DNA of 64,000 bases from Pseudogymnoascus verrucosus. Lineage: Eukaryota. Location of the stretch: assembly GCA_001662655.1 (NCBI GenBank), contig KV460253.1. One strand, given 5' to 3'. The notes beneath the pieces were generated by a model. The model was not told the origin of the DNA. It was given only the letters and a program-made list of their open reading frames with translations, and did no database searches. Position numbers and translations under genes: made by a program. Below are positions 62,816 through 64,000 of the stretch, piece by piece. Every line of letters begins with the position of its first letter. Within the stretch, counting starts at the first letter, position 1.

Positions 62816-63322
62816 TACCCTACATTGTGACTACTAGCTAGGTATATTGCCTCAATGAAATCCTGACTTGTACATTCCTTATTCCGCATATGATTGTTGC
62901 CGCTGTCTATTCGAGTCTTCAGACCGATTGTGGCAATCTATGTCGCCATTTATGGCCCATGAATGACAATAATCGTGCTTTGTAGTTGGTACATGAGGCA
63001 ATATAGAATAGAACACAGGCAGTGAAGAAATTCTATAATTGTTCAGAGTTTAGATTATCATATCCGTGTTTCTTTAATCTCGAAATACAAGCTTTAAAGG
63101 TGACGATCTAGATCGTCGCACGTGGCGTGGCGAGTTGCACTACAACGCCTTCCCCCACAAGGTACCAGAAACGTCAGCATGGTCCAAGCGTCCTGATAAG
63201 CCGCACCGCATCGGTGACGTCCCGACTGTCCCGCTCTATAATGCAGCGCATCGCAAACCTCTCCAATGGCGCCCATATGACCAGAAAGTAATTAATGTTA
63301 CTACGATAGCAAGCTGGGCACG

Positions 63323-64000
63323 ATGGCCGACTTCCATGGCTCTTCGAACCCCTTCCGACGCAGGACGCCCGCCATCCAAACGAACATAGAGAATGGAACA
63401 AAGGCGGAGGAAAGCACAGGTACTAGGCAGCTACCCATCGATCAACCGATGCGGCATGGAGATGCGCCAATAAAAAATAACGACAAACCGATGAAGCATG
63501 TTAGGGTGCAGTCGCCGCCGCCGAGTAGCCCGGAGGACACCATCCAGGATAAACCTCATACGCCACTACCACAGGGAGACGAAGGTCATGCGCTTGGCAA
63601 CGATCCATTTGAGTCCGTTCTGTCCGATGAGTCGTCAGATGACAATGACGATGAGATACCACCGATAATAGGTGCCGGCAATAATGGAAGGGTGCCTATA
63701 GCACCGATAAGTGTTGCTGGCAATGATGAAAGAACGCCTATACCACCAATAAGTGCTGCCGGCAATGACGGGAGAACGCCTATACCACCGACAAGTGGTG
63801 CCGGAAACGATGGGAGAGCTCCTATGAACCCGTTCAGCAAGACATTAGCTACGTTAGAACGGACGGAGGGCAAAGAGTCGACCAGCGAAACTCCACCGGT
63901 GGTGTCGGGAAAGGCAGCTATGGACGTGGAATCTTTTAAGCGTCTACTCATGACTGGAAGCAGCGGTATCGCAGCTCCGGAATCTCTGCCCAGCCCTCCC
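63323..64000 (+). CDS. Hypothetical protein, 3' partial (absent from the ORF track because it has no stop in the window)
   Basis: Frame is open from ATG 63323 to the window end: MADFHGSSNPFRRR...KHVRVQSPPP...NPFSKTLATLE...MDVESFKRLLMTG. Confidence 0.75.
   Translation, partial: MADFHGSSNPFRRRTPAIQTNIENGTKAEESTGTRQLPIDQPMRHGDAPIKNNDKPMKHVRVQSPPPSSPEDTIQDKPHTPLPQGDEGHALGNDPFESVLSDESSDDNDDEIPPIIGAGNNGRVPIAPISVAGNDERTPIPPISAAGNDGRTPIPPTSGAGNDGRAPMNPFSKTLATLERTEGKESTSETPPVVSGKAAMDVESFKRLLMTGSSGIAAPESLPSPP
63656..63825 (+). repeat. Coding tandem repeat, 4 x 42 bp (about IPPISAAGNDGRTP)
   Basis: The unit ATA(C/G)CACC...GTG..GC.GG.AA..A.G..AG...CCT repeats four times in frame. Confidence 0.9.

Overview
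Gene-dense euchromatic DNA from a filamentous ascomycete: short GT-AG introns with CTAAC/CTGAC branch points, and a gene set and composition suggesting a Leotiomycete such as Pseudogymnoascus (inference). About 23 protein-coding genes are supported: Bsd2-like (partial), a DIM-2-type C5 DNA methyltransferase, an FAD monooxygenase, a Dal5/Tna1-family MFS transporter, a Pth11-like protein, Cog5, a DUF2434-like protein, Bck1-type MAPKKK, pyruvate decarboxylase, THUMP/Tan1, an APH-like protein, Ecd/SGT1, a Pcp1-like spindle-pole-body protein, metacaspase, Mtf1-like, AMSH, Vma12, Coq1, an Eco1-like zinc-finger protein and several hypotheticals. There is also one intron-containing tRNA-Leu(CAA). No transposon or CRISPR array was seen. 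The best leads are: (1) long, structured introns in the Tan1 gene, one hiding its own 5' splice site in a stem, followed by ~2.7 kb of hairpin-rich non-coding DNA; (2) an Eco1-like gene that stops before the acetyltransferase domain; (3) a recurring C-rich to G-rich sense-strand switch toward gene 3' ends; (4) a probable GC-AG first intron in the DIM-2 gene; (5) an APH-fold candidate pseudokinase. Gene identities come from motif recognition, not database searches, and intron boundaries were read by eye. I cannot confirm a novel system from sequence alone.
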